This document shows, piece after piece, positions 10,759 to 20,822 of a stretch of DNA of 64,000 nt. The notes below the pieces were generated by a model, which was not told where the DNA came from, did not search any database, and saw only the letters and a list, made by a program, of their open reading frames with translations. The position numbers and the translations under genes are program-made. Position 1 is the first letter of the stretch; every line of letters begins with the position of its first letter. Source of the DNA: Candidatus Micrarchaeota archaeon (lineage in GTDB: Archaea > Micrarchaeota > Micrarchaeia > Anstonellales > Bilamarchaeaceae); contig JBBSVN010000003.1 in the NCBI GenBank assembly GCA_038046765.1, positions 1 to 64,000 of the forward strand, in the 5' to 3' direction.

Positions 10759-11655
10759 ATGGCTTTGCTCAACAAAACTATTTTACTATTATTTATATTT
10801 TTAATTAGTTTACAAACACTTTCCCATTCACAGGAAGTTAGGATTGGTACTTATATAATAAATGCTGGCAAGTTTGACCCTCAAAGCGGAAGCTACACTG
10901 TTGATTTTTATCTTTCTATGCAGTGCGAAGTAAATTGTTCAGCAAATTTTGAATTTGCAAATGGCAGATCTACAACTGTTGATAAAATCACTGATCTACC
11001 GAATAACAAATTCTATAGGATACAAGCTAATTTACAAAATTCTCCTGATTTTAGGAAATTTCCATTTGATAGCCAGGAATTAACTATTGAAATAGAAGAT
11101 AAAACAAAGACCAAAAACGAACTTGAATATGCAATAAATGAAAAAGAAACCGGAATTTCAAAATCTGTCTCATTTATTGGCTGGGATTTAAAAAACTGGA
11201 GTACAAGGGTTGAATCTATTGAATACCCCGTTTATGATGAAGTTTACTCAAGGTATATATTTTCTATAAATCTGCAAAGAGAAAGCCTTTCATCTCTTCT
11301 AAAGGTATTCTTTCCAGTTATGCTAATTCTCTTACTTAATTTCTTTGCACACTTTCCAAATCCAGATAAGGTTGCAAGTAGAATTACATTGCACACCTCC
11401 TTTATCATTGCAGCCGTAATGTTTCATGTAGCAATCGGTAACCAATTGCCTCCTTTAGGATATTTGACTCTAGCCGATAAATTTATGTTTGCAACCTACC
11501 TTTCATTAGGTTTTAGCATGCTTTCTTCAATAATTATACTTGAACTGGTGGAAGAAAAGAAAGAACAATTGGCTAATACAGTACATAAATTTTCAGGTCT
11601 TCTTAGCGTAGTTCTTTGGGTACTTGCCATGATAATCGTATATTTAACAAGATAA
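10759..11655 (+). CDS. prokaryotic pentameric ligand-gated ion channel homologue (GLIC/ELIC-like)
   Basis: Signal peptide, VDFYL, FPFDSQEL Pro-loop, GW, LQRE pre-M1, LPPLGYLTLAD M2-M3 loop, four TM segments. Confidence 0.85.
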   Translation: MALLNKTILLLFIFLISLQTLSHSQEVRIGTYIINAGKFDPQSGSYTVDFYLSMQCEVNCSANFEFANGRSTTVDKITDLPNNKFYRIQANLQNSPDFRKFPFDSQELTIEIEDKTKTKNELEYAINEKETGISKSVSFIGWDLKNWSTRVESIEYPVYDEVYSRYIFSINLQRESLSSLLKVFFPVMLILLLNFFAHFPNPDKVASRITLHTSFIIAAVMFHVAIGNQLPPLGYLTLADKFMFATYLSLGFSMLSSIIILELVEEKKEQLANTVHKFSGLLSVVLWVLAMIIVYLTR

Positions 11656-11888
11656 AGCCCATACTATTCCAACTAAATCGCGCATGTTAATTCGTTAAGG
11701 TCTACGCTCGTTCATACCCAAGAGCGGAGATTATCCACTCAAAAAGCCCATTTCAGTGTAGTTCCTAATGCATTAATTAGCGGGCTTTAATTGTTTTGGT
11801 ATGGCAGGACACATCTGTTTTAATTATTTCTTTTTTTGCTTAACTATGTCCTATTTTAAACATATCTAAATAATGATATATTGATTAC

Positions 11889-12242
11889 ATGCTTGATCAA
11901 ACAGAAACAAGGAAAAAAAATCCTGAAAAAAAGATTCTAAGGCACATGTTTTCAACATTTTTGTTGTGGTTACTTTCAAAAAAGGAACTGCATGGCTATC
12001 AGATAATGAAATTGCTAGAAGAAGACCATGGCTATAAAGTAATATCTGCAAATCAGCTTTATCCTATGCTAAATTTTCTTTTAAAAAACAATTTGATTTC
12101 AAAAGTAAACAAACAACAGGGTAAGCGAATCAGAAAGGTTTATTTTATAACGAAGCAAGGTCTGAAAAAACTGGAACTTTTAAAAGCAAAAATGAAAAAA
12201 AGTTCACTTAGAAGTCAATTTCTAAAAGAAATGATTGCGTGA
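11889..12242 (+). CDS. PadR-family transcriptional regulator
   Basis: LHGYQIM...LYPML...RKVYFITKQG. Confidence 0.92.
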   Translation: MLDQTETRKKNPEKKILRHMFSTFLLWLLSKKELHGYQIMKLLEEDHGYKVISANQLYPMLNFLLKNNLISKVNKQQGKRIRKVYFITKQGLKKLELLKAKMKKSSLRSQFLKEMIA

Positions 12243-12922
12243 TATTTATGCATCAAAATTCTATTCTTTCACTAAAAGATATATGGAAAATTTATACAAT
12301 GGATGGCGAGGAAGTTCCAGCATTAAAAAATATAAATTTAGATATCAAAGAAGGTGAATTTATAAGTATCCTTGGGCCATCTGGGAGCGGGAAAAGTACA
12401 CTATTGCATATTATCGGTCTTTTAGATGAGCCTACTAAAGGCCAAATATTATTAAACGGAAAAAATGTAAGTACGCTTACTGAAAATGAACGTGCATATA
12501 TTAGGGGAAAGGAAATTGGTTTTATTTTTCAAAGTTTTAATTTGATTTCAAATTTAACTGTACGTGAGAATGTTGCTTTGCCCTCCCTTATATATAATCA
12601 ATCACAGGAATCAGCCAATGAAAAAGCAGAATATATCCTACAGATGGTTGGAATGCATGATCGGTTAAATCATTATCCAAACCAGTTAAGCGGCGGTCAG
12701 AAACAAAGGGTTGCTATTGCAAGGTCTTTAGTTAATTCACCAGAAATAATTCTTGCTGATGAGCCAACTGGAAACCTTGATTCAAAAACTGGTGCTGATG
12801 TCCTAAATATGCTTATTGAACTTAATAATAAAGGCAAGACTGTTGCGATAATTACTCATGACCAGTCAGTAACTAAGCTTACTAAAAGAACTATAAAAAT
12901 AAAAGATGGTGAAATTGTATGA
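12239..12922 (+). CDS. ABC transporter ATPase (MacB/LolD type)
   Basis: [27 protein letters not shown]. Confidence 0.95.
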   Translation: MIFMHQNSILSLKDIWKIYTMDGEEVPALKNINLDIKEGEFISILGPSGSGKSTLLHIIGLLDEPTKGQILLNGKNVSTLTENERAYIRGKEIGFIFQSFNLISNLTVRENVALPSLIYNQSQESANEKAEYILQMVGMHDRLNHYPNQLSGGQKQRVAIARSLVNSPEIILADEPTGNLDSKTGADVLNMLIELNNKGKTVAIITHDQSVTKLTKRTIKIKDGEIV

Positions 12923-14406
12923 ACTATAATATTAAAAAATTATTTGTTTTGTTGGTTTTGATTTTTTCCTTATCCTTATCCTTTTCTACTCTTACAATCG
13001 ATAGTTACAAAACAGTACCTGAATTGCTTAAACCTGGTCAGGAAGGAATTATACAAATTACCTTGAAAAATCCGCCTCCATCTTCTACTAGTTCTGCAAG
13101 TGCAATATACGACATATCTGCTTATTTTAATGACCTAAATGGTATAGTTTATACTACGCAAAGTCCAGTTTTTGCCGGAACTTTGGATAGTGGCGGAAGC
13201 ATCATCATAACTGCTGGATTTAAAGTTTCTCCAACTTCAAAAGGAGGGATAATTTCCGCACCATTTTACATAACTCAAAAAGACTCCTCTTATAGGCAGA
13301 ATGTAGTTATTCCAATAAAAATTTCAAACCCGCCATTTATTTCAATGAGTTCTGATCGTTCCACTGTAAAAAGTACTGATATTGTAAAATTAACTCTTAC
13401 AAACAATGGCGGAAGTACGACAAAAACCTCGCTAAAAATAAAAGAAGGAAGTGATTTTTCTTTTATCGGGTATGATAGTTATTATATCGGAGATTTATCG
13501 GGAGTCAAAACCTTTGAACTTAATTTTGATTTTAGACGCGCTAATGAAGGTGTAAACAGTATTCCTCTGGTACTTAGCTATCAGGAAGAAAATGGAGACA
13601 TATTAAATGAAACAAAATATCTTTCTTTAACCGTTAAAAAAGACAAGGCAGATATTTTATTTACTCAAAATTCAGTAATATTAACTACAAAGCAATCTGC
13701 GCTCAGTTTAAATCTTAAAAATATCGGAAGAAAATTGGAAAATCTTAGGTTAGTTTTAACTGATACAAAAATAAAGCCCACTGAATCTAAAGAAACCAAG
13801 ATTGGGGATATTGAATCTGGCGAATCAAAAAATATCTCAATAAATGTCTTTGCGGAAGTACAACCCGGAGTTAATAATATGAATATTAGTTTGAAATGGG
13901 TAGAAGATGATGTAGAAAAGGAAGAAGAATTTTCCATTCCTATTTCAATTTCTTCAGATGCTGATGTAGGTATTTATCTTGATGCTAAACCATCACCTTT
14001 AATTTCAGCAATGGATCATACTCTATCTATTCTGGTGTCTAATATTGGTTCTTATAAAATTGAAAATGTAGAAGTTTCGCTTGATCGGGCAGATTTCTTC
14101 GAGATTTTAAATGCGCAAAATTCACAGTACATAGGAAGCCTTGAAAATGATGATTTTAGTACTGTGCAGTATAAAATAAGGTTAAATAAAGTTTCTGCAG
14201 GAAACTATCCGTTAAATGTCCTTGTCAAATATAAAGACAAGTCTGGTTCATGGATAAATAAAAATATCTCTACAAGTGTGGGGATAAGAAGTGCTGATTT
14301 TGCACAGAAACAAAACACTAACCCCCTGATTTATATTGTTGGGGCAGGTCTGGTTCTTGGAATCGGATATTATTTCTACAAAAAAAGATTTGTAAAGAAA
14401 GCATAA
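12919..14406 (+). CDS. COG1361-type surface/S-layer-like protein
   Basis: Signal peptide, repeated beta-rich N-x-G/YIG units, C-terminal TM; lies between ABC genes. Confidence 0.78.
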   Translation: MNYNIKKLFVLLVLIFSLSLSFSTLTIDSYKTVPELLKPGQEGIIQITLKNPPPSSTSSASAIYDISAYFNDLNGIVYTTQSPVFAGTLDSGGSIIITAGFKVSPTSKGGIISAPFYITQKDSSYRQNVVIPIKISNPPFISMSSDRSTVKSTDIVKLTLTNNGGSTTKTSLKIKEGSDFSFIGYDSYYIGDLSGVKTFELNFDFRRANEGVNSIPLVLSYQEENGDILNETKYLSLTVKKDKADILFTQNSVILTTKQSALSLNLKNIGRKLENLRLVLTDTKIKPTESKETKIGDIESGESKNISINVFAEVQPGVNNMNISLKWVEDDVEKEEEFSIPISISSDADVGIYLDAKPSPLISAMDHTLSILVSNIGSYKIENVEVSLDRADFFEILNAQNSQYIGSLENDDFSTVQYKIRLNKVSAGNYPLNVLVKYKDKSGSWINKNISTSVGIRSADFAQKQNTNPLIYIVGAGLVLGIGYYFYKKRFVKKA

Positions 14407-14421
14407 ATCTTAGGTGCTGTT

Positions 14422-15651
14422 TTGAAATCATTGGAAATAATAAACTACGCTATAAAAAGTTTACGGCATCGGGAACTGCGTTCTTACCTTACGATTATAG
14501 GAATAATTATCGGTATCGGTGCGGTAGTCGCACTGCTTTCTATTGGGCAGGGTTTTAGCGATGAGGTAAACAAGCAACTTTCTAGTTTTGGATCAAATAC
14601 AATTTTTGTTGCACCCGTATCAGAATCCCAGACTTCAAACTTAGCATTTACATCTCCTGGAAGTATAACTACTTCTGGAAAGCTTTTTGAGAAAGATGCT
14701 GAAAGGCTAAAGAAGATTGGCGAAATAGATACAATCTCAAAAGTAGTTAGCGGTAGAGGTTCAATTGGCTTTAAGGAAAAACAGATAACTTCTACTGTAC
14801 AGGGAATCGAACCAGGTATATTTGAGAAAATTACTACGATTGAAATCGAAAACGGACGGTTTTTGGTTGAAACAGACCAGCGGGTCGTTGTTATCGGTTC
14901 ATCGATTGCAGACGGTTCTTTTGACCGGAATATCATCGGGGTAAATAGCTTTATTACAATAAATGGAAAAAAATTTCGGGTTGTTGGTGTTTTGAAAAAA
15001 ACTGGCGGTGGTTTTGGGCCAAGTTCTCAATTGGATACAAGTATTCTGGTTCCATTTAAGGAAGCTCAAAATCTTTTTAAGGAGAACCTCGCTGAAAATG
15101 AAGTTGGTTCACTGGCTATTAGCGTTAAGGACGGGACGAATATCGATGATGTGTCTGATCAGATTACTTTAGAAATTGCAAGCTCACACAAACTTCGGGT
15201 TGAGGACAAGGACTTTAGCGTAATAAACCCAAAAACAATTCAGGAAAGAATCGGAAGTATTATTGGCCTAGTTACTATGTTTTTAGGTGCTGTTGCAGCA
15301 ATCTCCCTTATTGTTGGGGCAATTGGCATTGCCAATACTATGTTTACCAGTGTTCTTGAGCGAACAAAAGAAATCGGTGTCTTAAAATCTATTGGAGCTA
15401 CAAATGACAATGTTCTGCAAATTTTTGTTTTTGAAAGCACTCTGCTTGGTGCTCTTGGGGGTTTAGTTGGTTCTGTTCTTGGCCTTATAGTAGTTTACTT
15501 ACTTAGTTTCTTTGCAGTTCCAGTTTCAATCAAATTTGAGATCGTTGTTTTTGGGACTATTTTTTCTGCTTTAGTTGGTTTTGTTTCTGGGTTTATTCCT
15601 GCAAGAAATGCTGCAAGACTTTCTCCTGTTGATGCGTTAAGGTATGAATAA
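14422..15651 (+). CDS. ABC transporter permease (MacB/FtsX type)
   Basis: RSYLTIIGIIIG, ERTKEIGVLKSIGA, PARNAARLSPVDALRYE. Confidence 0.95.
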   Translation: MKSLEIINYAIKSLRHRELRSYLTIIGIIIGIGAVVALLSIGQGFSDEVNKQLSSFGSNTIFVAPVSESQTSNLAFTSPGSITTSGKLFEKDAERLKKIGEIDTISKVVSGRGSIGFKEKQITSTVQGIEPGIFEKITTIEIENGRFLVETDQRVVVIGSSIADGSFDRNIIGVNSFITINGKKFRVVGVLKKTGGGFGPSSQLDTSILVPFKEAQNLFKENLAENEVGSLAISVKDGTNIDDVSDQITLEIASSHKLRVEDKDFSVINPKTIQERIGSIIGLVTMFLGAVAAISLIVGAIGIANTMFTSVLERTKEIGVLKSIGATNDNVLQIFVFESTLLGALGGLVGSVLGLIVVYLLSFFAVPVSIKFEIVVFGTIFSALVGFVSGFIPARNAARLSPVDALRYE

Positions 15652-15667
15652 TTTTTACTTTCTTGTC

Positions 15668-16180
15668 TTATTCCCAGTTTGAGCGTAAAAATTTTGTTTG
15701 TTCTTGTTTTTTACCTCCATTTAAGTCATCGCTTACTTGATAAATGACCCAAAAAAAGTTAATAGCTCCATTCTTCTCTTCTATCGGACCGTCCCAAGAT
15801 GCTTCATCGTTCCAGCCATAAAAAATGATTTTTCTTGTCGGACCATACGGTTCTGTTTTCCACTTTTGCCAGTCTTTTTCATCTATGCGCTGTATTTGCC
15901 AAGTGCCAGAAGAATCCGCAAGTGTCCATGAACCATCTAGTTTTAATTCTAAAATCCGCGTTGGGGCATAGTAATTTTGTATGCTTTCTCCAGCTGCTGT
16001 TTCGATATACTTTATACTGGCGTTCCTCCATTTTCCAACTATATCCGAATTTTCGCTACTCGGGCTCAATTTTTCTATTATGTTTTCCATCTTTTTTGAA
16101 TCTGGATTTTGATTTTTATCACCGGTACATCCATAGATCAAGATAGAAAAAATTAAAATTAGTAAAAAGAGTTTGTTCAT
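15668..16180 (-). CDS. putative lipoprotein
   Basis: Lipobox-like IYGC after hydrophobic stretch; IVGKW motif. Confidence 0.7.
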   Translation of the reverse strand: MNKLFLLILIFSILIYGCTGDKNQNPDSKKMENIIEKLSPSSENSDIVGKWRNASIKYIETAAGESIQNYYAPTRILELKLDGSWTLADSSGTWQIQRIDEKDWQKWKTEPYGPTRKIIFYGWNDEASWDGPIEEKNGAINFFWVIYQVSDDLNGGKKQEQTKFLRSNWE

Positions 16181-16205
16181 TTATTCTTTCACCCTTGCTA
16201 TAGAT

Positions 16206-16784
16206 CTAATCTCCTACTACAAATTTATTTAAAATTTCTTCCATTACTGCTTTGTATCTATCTATCTTGCTCTTTTCAATCGCATAATTTAGTCTATAAA
16301 CCCAAGGTCCATTCCTGAAAAATACTGTCTTATAATACATAATTGAATTTGTTTCTGAATTTGGTCCTTCTATTTCTATTACATACGCATCTCTGTTTTT
16401 GTATAATATATTTTGTTCTCTAATTATCTTATCGTTCGCGCTAGCAAGGTTTAGTTCGTAATTTTTAAATTCTTCTGAATTATTTTCCAATCCTTTCCAT
16501 ATCTCAACTAAAAATCCATCACTTATCTTATCGTTTTGATCCTCAAGAACAGAACTAAATTCGAATATCCCATTTTTACTCTGATCAATTTTCCATCCTT
16601 TGGGATAGTAAATAAAAAAATTAGGTGAGGAATAATATGTATATTCTACTGCTGTTTTAGGGCTTACATTCGCAGTTGTATTTGTAGTCTTTGTAATCCC
16701 ATTATTATTTGTGTTATTTGTCTGTAAACACCCAAAAATCAATAAGAAAATACATAAAACTGATGTTAAAGTTAGATTTTTCAT
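16206..16784 (-). CDS. putative lipoprotein, PsbP/Mog1-like
   Basis: IFGC lipobox, FFIYYPKGW, C-terminal EILNKF. Confidence 0.65.
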   Translation of the reverse strand: MKNLTLTSVLCIFLLIFGCLQTNNTNNNGITKTTNTTANVSPKTAVEYTYYSSPNFFIYYPKGWKIDQSKNGIFEFSSVLEDQNDKISDGFLVEIWKGLENNSEEFKNYELNLASANDKIIREQNILYKNRDAYVIEIEGPNSETNSIMYYKTVFFRNGPWVYRLNYAIEKSKIDRYKAVMEEILNKFVVGD

Positions 16785-16834
16785 GTTTTTTTCTATAACT
16801 TAACATTTAAAAGGTTAGTTTTTGTTATTCGCTT

Positions 16835-17170
16835 ATGGTTTATGAGTTTCTTACGTCTTTTTTGGATATTTTTTCCCTGTTGCTTGATATAGTTGGCTTA
16901 TTGCTACTCTTATTCTCCTCAATTTTAACTGTAACTAGAATCGTGAAAGCTGAAATAAAAACAAAAGAGACTTTTAAGGAAATTGAAAATATAAAACGTA
17001 TTTTTATTCAAAAAATTATTTTTGCACTAGATTTTTTTCTTGTTGCTGATTTAATTAAATTAGTTCAAGTTTCAAGTATAACTGAGGTAATTTCTTTGGC
17101 TGCGATCGTATTAATTAGAACAATTTTAAGCTGGTCTTTAAGTAAAGAAATACACCTGCATCAAGAATAA
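16835..17170 (+). CDS. DUF1622-like membrane protein
   Basis: ALDFFLVADLIK...LAAIVLIRTILSWSLSKEI. Confidence 0.85.
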   Translation: MVYEFLTSFLDIFSLLLDIVGLLLLLFSSILTVTRIVKAEIKTKETFKEIENIKRIFIQKIIFALDFFLVADLIKLVQVSSITEVISLAAIVLIRTILSWSLSKEIHLHQE

Positions 17171-17205
17171 CTGTCCCAACTAAGTTACTCCATATAAATT
17201 TTATT

Positions 17206-18456
17206 TTATTTCCCGCCCATTGTCTGATAAATCAGATATGCGTTAAAGAGCAAAATGACTAGTGCAAATACACTCGCAGCAATCGTCGTTATTTTTTTAT
17301 TAACAAATTCACCCATTAGTTTCTTGTCGCTAGTATAATATATCAAAGGAATTAATGGAAGCGGAATCATTAAACTTAGTATAATTTGGCTGTAAACTAA
17401 AACCTGTAATGGTTCGATTTTTAGTAATATTGCAATTAATAACGGAATTACATTTATTACACGTGTAATTAATCTGCGTACAGTTGCGCTAATTTTAAAA
17501 TCAGTCAAACTTTCCATTATACTTTGGCCAGCCAAAGTTCCGGTTATTGAAGAAGAAATGCCTGCAGATAATAGTGCGACTGCAAAAACTAAAGATGCTA
17601 AAGAACCAAATAATGGTGTAAGTGTTTTATATGCTTCTTCAATAGTTGCGACAGTTATGCCATTAGCGAAAAATGCCGCCGCTGCCATAATTAATATCGC
17701 TGCATTGATTAATCCTGCAACAAAAAGAGAAGATATATTCTCAACTATGTGGTAATTTAATGCTGTTTTTTTATCGAGCCCATTCCTGTTTTCCCTAAGT
17801 TTATTTTTAAGTAACCACGAATGGACAAATAACGCGTGAGGCATAACGGTCGCTCCGATTATCCCAACTGCATAAATTATTGTTTCCCCTGTTAGTTTGG
17901 GAGTTATTGAGCTTAAACCAATCAGGGTTATATCTGGTCGTGTGATAAAAAGTTCATAAATATACCCCACACCGATTACAGATACGAACAATATGAATGC
18001 ATACTCGAGCGTACGAAATGTTTTCCTTGTTAAAAATAATAATAAAAGTACATCTAAGATCGCTAAAAAAGTCCCAATCAAAAGCGGAATTCCAAATAAA
18101 AGGTTAAGCGCTACAACAATTCCTAAAAACTCAGCTAAGTCTGTTGCAATTATTGCTATTTCTGCTAACAACCAGTATAAAAAAACAAGGAACTTATTTT
18201 TCCACTTAATTTTTACAACTTCTGCTAGAGAGTAACCTGCAATTCCAAGTTTTCCAGATAAATACTGAAATAACATTGCCATAATGCTAGATAACCATAC
18301 AATCCAAAGTAGGTCGTAGTTAAATTTCGCACCAGCACTAATTGAGGTTCCCCAGTTACCTGGATCCATGTATGCTACGCTAACTATAAGGCCAGTACCA
18401 AAAAATGCCCAAAACTTCTTATCTATTAGTATATTTTTTAGTGTGTTAATATTCAT
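17206..18456 (-). CDS. mntH: NRAMP-family divalent metal transporter
   Basis: YMDPGNW, GATVMPHA, GTLAGQ, RRLITR. Confidence 0.93.
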   Translation of the reverse strand: MNINTLKNILIDKKFWAFFGTGLIVSVAYMDPGNWGTSISAGAKFNYDLLWIVWLSSIMAMLFQYLSGKLGIAGYSLAEVVKIKWKNKFLVFLYWLLAEIAIIATDLAEFLGIVVALNLLFGIPLLIGTFLAILDVLLLLFLTRKTFRTLEYAFILFVSVIGVGYIYELFITRPDITLIGLSSITPKLTGETIIYAVGIIGATVMPHALFVHSWLLKNKLRENRNGLDKKTALNYHIVENISSLFVAGLINAAILIMAAAAFFANGITVATIEEAYKTLTPLFGSLASLVFAVALLSAGISSSITGTLAGQSIMESLTDFKISATVRRLITRVINVIPLLIAILLKIEPLQVLVYSQIILSLMIPLPLIPLIYYTSDKKLMGEFVNKKITTIAASVFALVILLFNAYLIYQTMGGK

Positions 18457-18671
18457 TTATCAAAACCTTTGTAGCCGTCGATCTTACCCATCTCTCCGGT
18501 CAAGTTTGTTTACTATCTGGTAATATGCCTCTACGGTCTAATTCTTCATAAAAAAGTTTTATACATAAAACTTTTTATATTCCTATGTCTAATTCTAATG
18601 TGTATATCTATGTTTGTTTTTAGCTAAAATTTTTAAATATGTTTTTAAATATTGCCTAAATATTTACTCTC

Positions 18672-20804
18672 ATGCGATTTTCTTATCTGTTAATTAGCTT
18701 TTTGATGATTTTGTCGGTTTCTTTTTCGGTTTCATTTCCTGATTATGCAAAATATCTTTACAAATCAGAAAATGTAAATCTAACCTCTATTGAAAACTTT
18801 ACTATTAATAGTAGCAATTATTCTTTGGTAAAATATTCTGGTGCACCTATTTTGCTTTACAAAGATGATCTTTTACTAAATGACGTAACTCAGATCACAT
18901 TTGCAATACAGACCTACTACAAGAATACTTTTTATGTAAAACAAAGTGAACTAGATACTATTCGGGATTTATTGCTTAATTACAATCAAAGTAGGAATGA
19001 CGGTGGAAAATTCAAATCTCCCCCTAGCGAAGAATACGCTTGCAGAAACGCATTATTATTAAACGGTTTTAACTATGGTGGAACCAAGATCTATTGCGAC
19101 AGTACGGAAAATTGCAGTAAAATTGCAGTGATATTTTATACTGCGCCATATACTGAAGGAGTAAGAAGACAATATGATTTAGCTACAACAACTAATCTGC
19201 TTCGGGCCTTTGCAACTGCAAGTTATGGCAATGATCAAATACTAACTAAAAATTTCCTTCTTTTAGATAATCTTTCAGAATCAAATATAAATAATTCTTT
19301 AAGTCAGATTTCCTCATCAGTTACTTTGTTAGGCCAATATAAAAATACTATTGAAGGTACTGTTTTTAGGACTCCAGTTGGAGATTCCAGGGGAGCAGAC
19401 TGGCAAAAATGTATTGTACAAAATTGTTTTGGTATCTGTCCAGACCTATCTTTTAATGGATCTGCCCTAAACACTTTAAATGCCAATATTACTTCATTAA
19501 TATCTCGAATCGGCCCTTATATAAATTATCAATCTGTTGCTCAAAAGACCTACTCTTCTACTACTTCAAGATTGAACTACACTGAAACTGAAAAAATGTC
19601 TTTATACTATACAAATGTATATCTTCCTCTGTTTGATGATGCAACACAAACTGCGTCAGATGCGGATTCTGTGCTATCATTAATCCTAAGCACCTCTCTT
19701 CAAAATAAAGTTGGTAGATTAAAGGAGTTATCCTTATCAATAAATAAAAGCATTTCTGGAAGAAACTTTACCTCTATTGAAGCTGACTTAGATGAGTATT
19801 CTACGTTAATTTCTAACATAAAATCTACATTGCCAAAAGTGCAAACATACTACAATGCAACGATAACTGCTAAAAAAGAAACGGATGTAGAAATATTTAA
19901 ATTATATTCTCAAGAACTCTCTGCAGATTCCAAAACAAGATTTGACAAAGTTAGAAGTTATGTTTCAAGCTTAGATAATCTATTTAAGAGTGGTAGTGCA
20001 TCTGAAACACAATTATCGACTCTTGCAGAAAGTTATAAAAATGCAACAAAAGCCGCCAGTGCAATAAATCAGGCTGAACAATCTAAACCTATAAGTATTT
20101 TATCCAAATTCAGAACATTTTCAAGAAATGTAAATAGTGCGTTAGCCTCAAGTTTACCTTACTTCAAATTGAACAATTCATCTGTCCTTAATAATCGGCC
20201 TATTGTGTTTGGGAGTTTGTCTACAGCAGTATTCGTATCCTTGTTTGCGGGTGTTGTTTTTCTATCTGTGGTATACTATACTATAAGGGGACTACCAAAA
20301 AGTTTACTAAAAAAAGCAATATTCGGAATTATCATAGGTGTTCTTTTGTTTGGTGCATTATTAATCTCCGCAATATTCCATATCTACTTGGAAAAAACAG
20401 TTAATTTGGCCCAACTTAACGAGTTCCTAATTGATCTAAAAGACCAAAAAGAAGTATTTGTGTTTGTTGATACTATAAACTCACCGAGTAATGATACCTC
20501 TAGTGACATGGTTAAATGTGGTTTATCATTAGCAGATAACCTAAGAAATAAATCAATTTCATCAACTGTTTATCAATATGATGGGGCTGTATGTTCCTTA
20601 ATAACAAAAGATTCCCGAATTGAAATTGCAGTAAACCAGTGCGTTGCCAATACTAAATCCAATGCTGCTTTTGTAATGCGATACTCCGGGAATCAACCAA
20701 GTTCAGTTTTTACAGCTATCTTTGATGTAAAATCATATCTTGCTGGAGACCAGCTTTATTATAAATCTTGCGCGATAAGTGATTTAGTAGCACAGCAAAA
20801 GTAA
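18672..20804 (+). CDS. large secreted/membrane protein of unknown function
   Basis: Signal peptide, many N-x-S/T sequons, paired Cys, two TM segments near C-terminus. Confidence 0.75.
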   Translation: MRFSYLLISFLMILSVSFSVSFPDYAKYLYKSENVNLTSIENFTINSSNYSLVKYSGAPILLYKDDLLLNDVTQITFAIQTYYKNTFYVKQSELDTIRDLLLNYNQSRNDGGKFKSPPSEEYACRNALLLNGFNYGGTKIYCDSTENCSKIAVIFYTAPYTEGVRRQYDLATTTNLLRAFATASYGNDQILTKNFLLLDNLSESNINNSLSQISSSVTLLGQYKNTIEGTVFRTPVGDSRGADWQKCIVQNCFGICPDLSFNGSALNTLNANITSLISRIGPYINYQSVAQKTYSSTTSRLNYTETEKMSLYYTNVYLPLFDDATQTASDADSVLSLILSTSLQNKVGRLKELSLSINKSISGRNFTSIEADLDEYSTLISNIKSTLPKVQTYYNATITAKKETDVEIFKLYSQELSADSKTRFDKVRSYVSSLDNLFKSGSASETQLSTLAESYKNATKAASAINQAEQSKPISILSKFRTFSRNVNSALASSLPYFKLNNSSVLNNRPIVFGSLSTAVFVSLFAGVVFLSVVYYTIRGLPKSLLKKAIFGIIIGVLLFGALLISAIFHIYLEKTVNLAQLNEFLIDLKDQKEVFVFVDTINSPSNDTSSDMVKCGLSLADNLRNKSISSTVYQYDGAVCSLITKDSRIEIAVNQCVANTKSNAAFVMRYSGNQPSSVFTAIFDVKSYLAGDQLYYKSCAISDLVAQQK

Positions 20805-20822
20805 TCAAATAAGGTTAATTTC

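Noticed and set aside
11660..11815. 5S rRNA on the minus strand (GCCATACC)
   Set aside because: The downstream sequence does not fit 5S helices or loop motifs.
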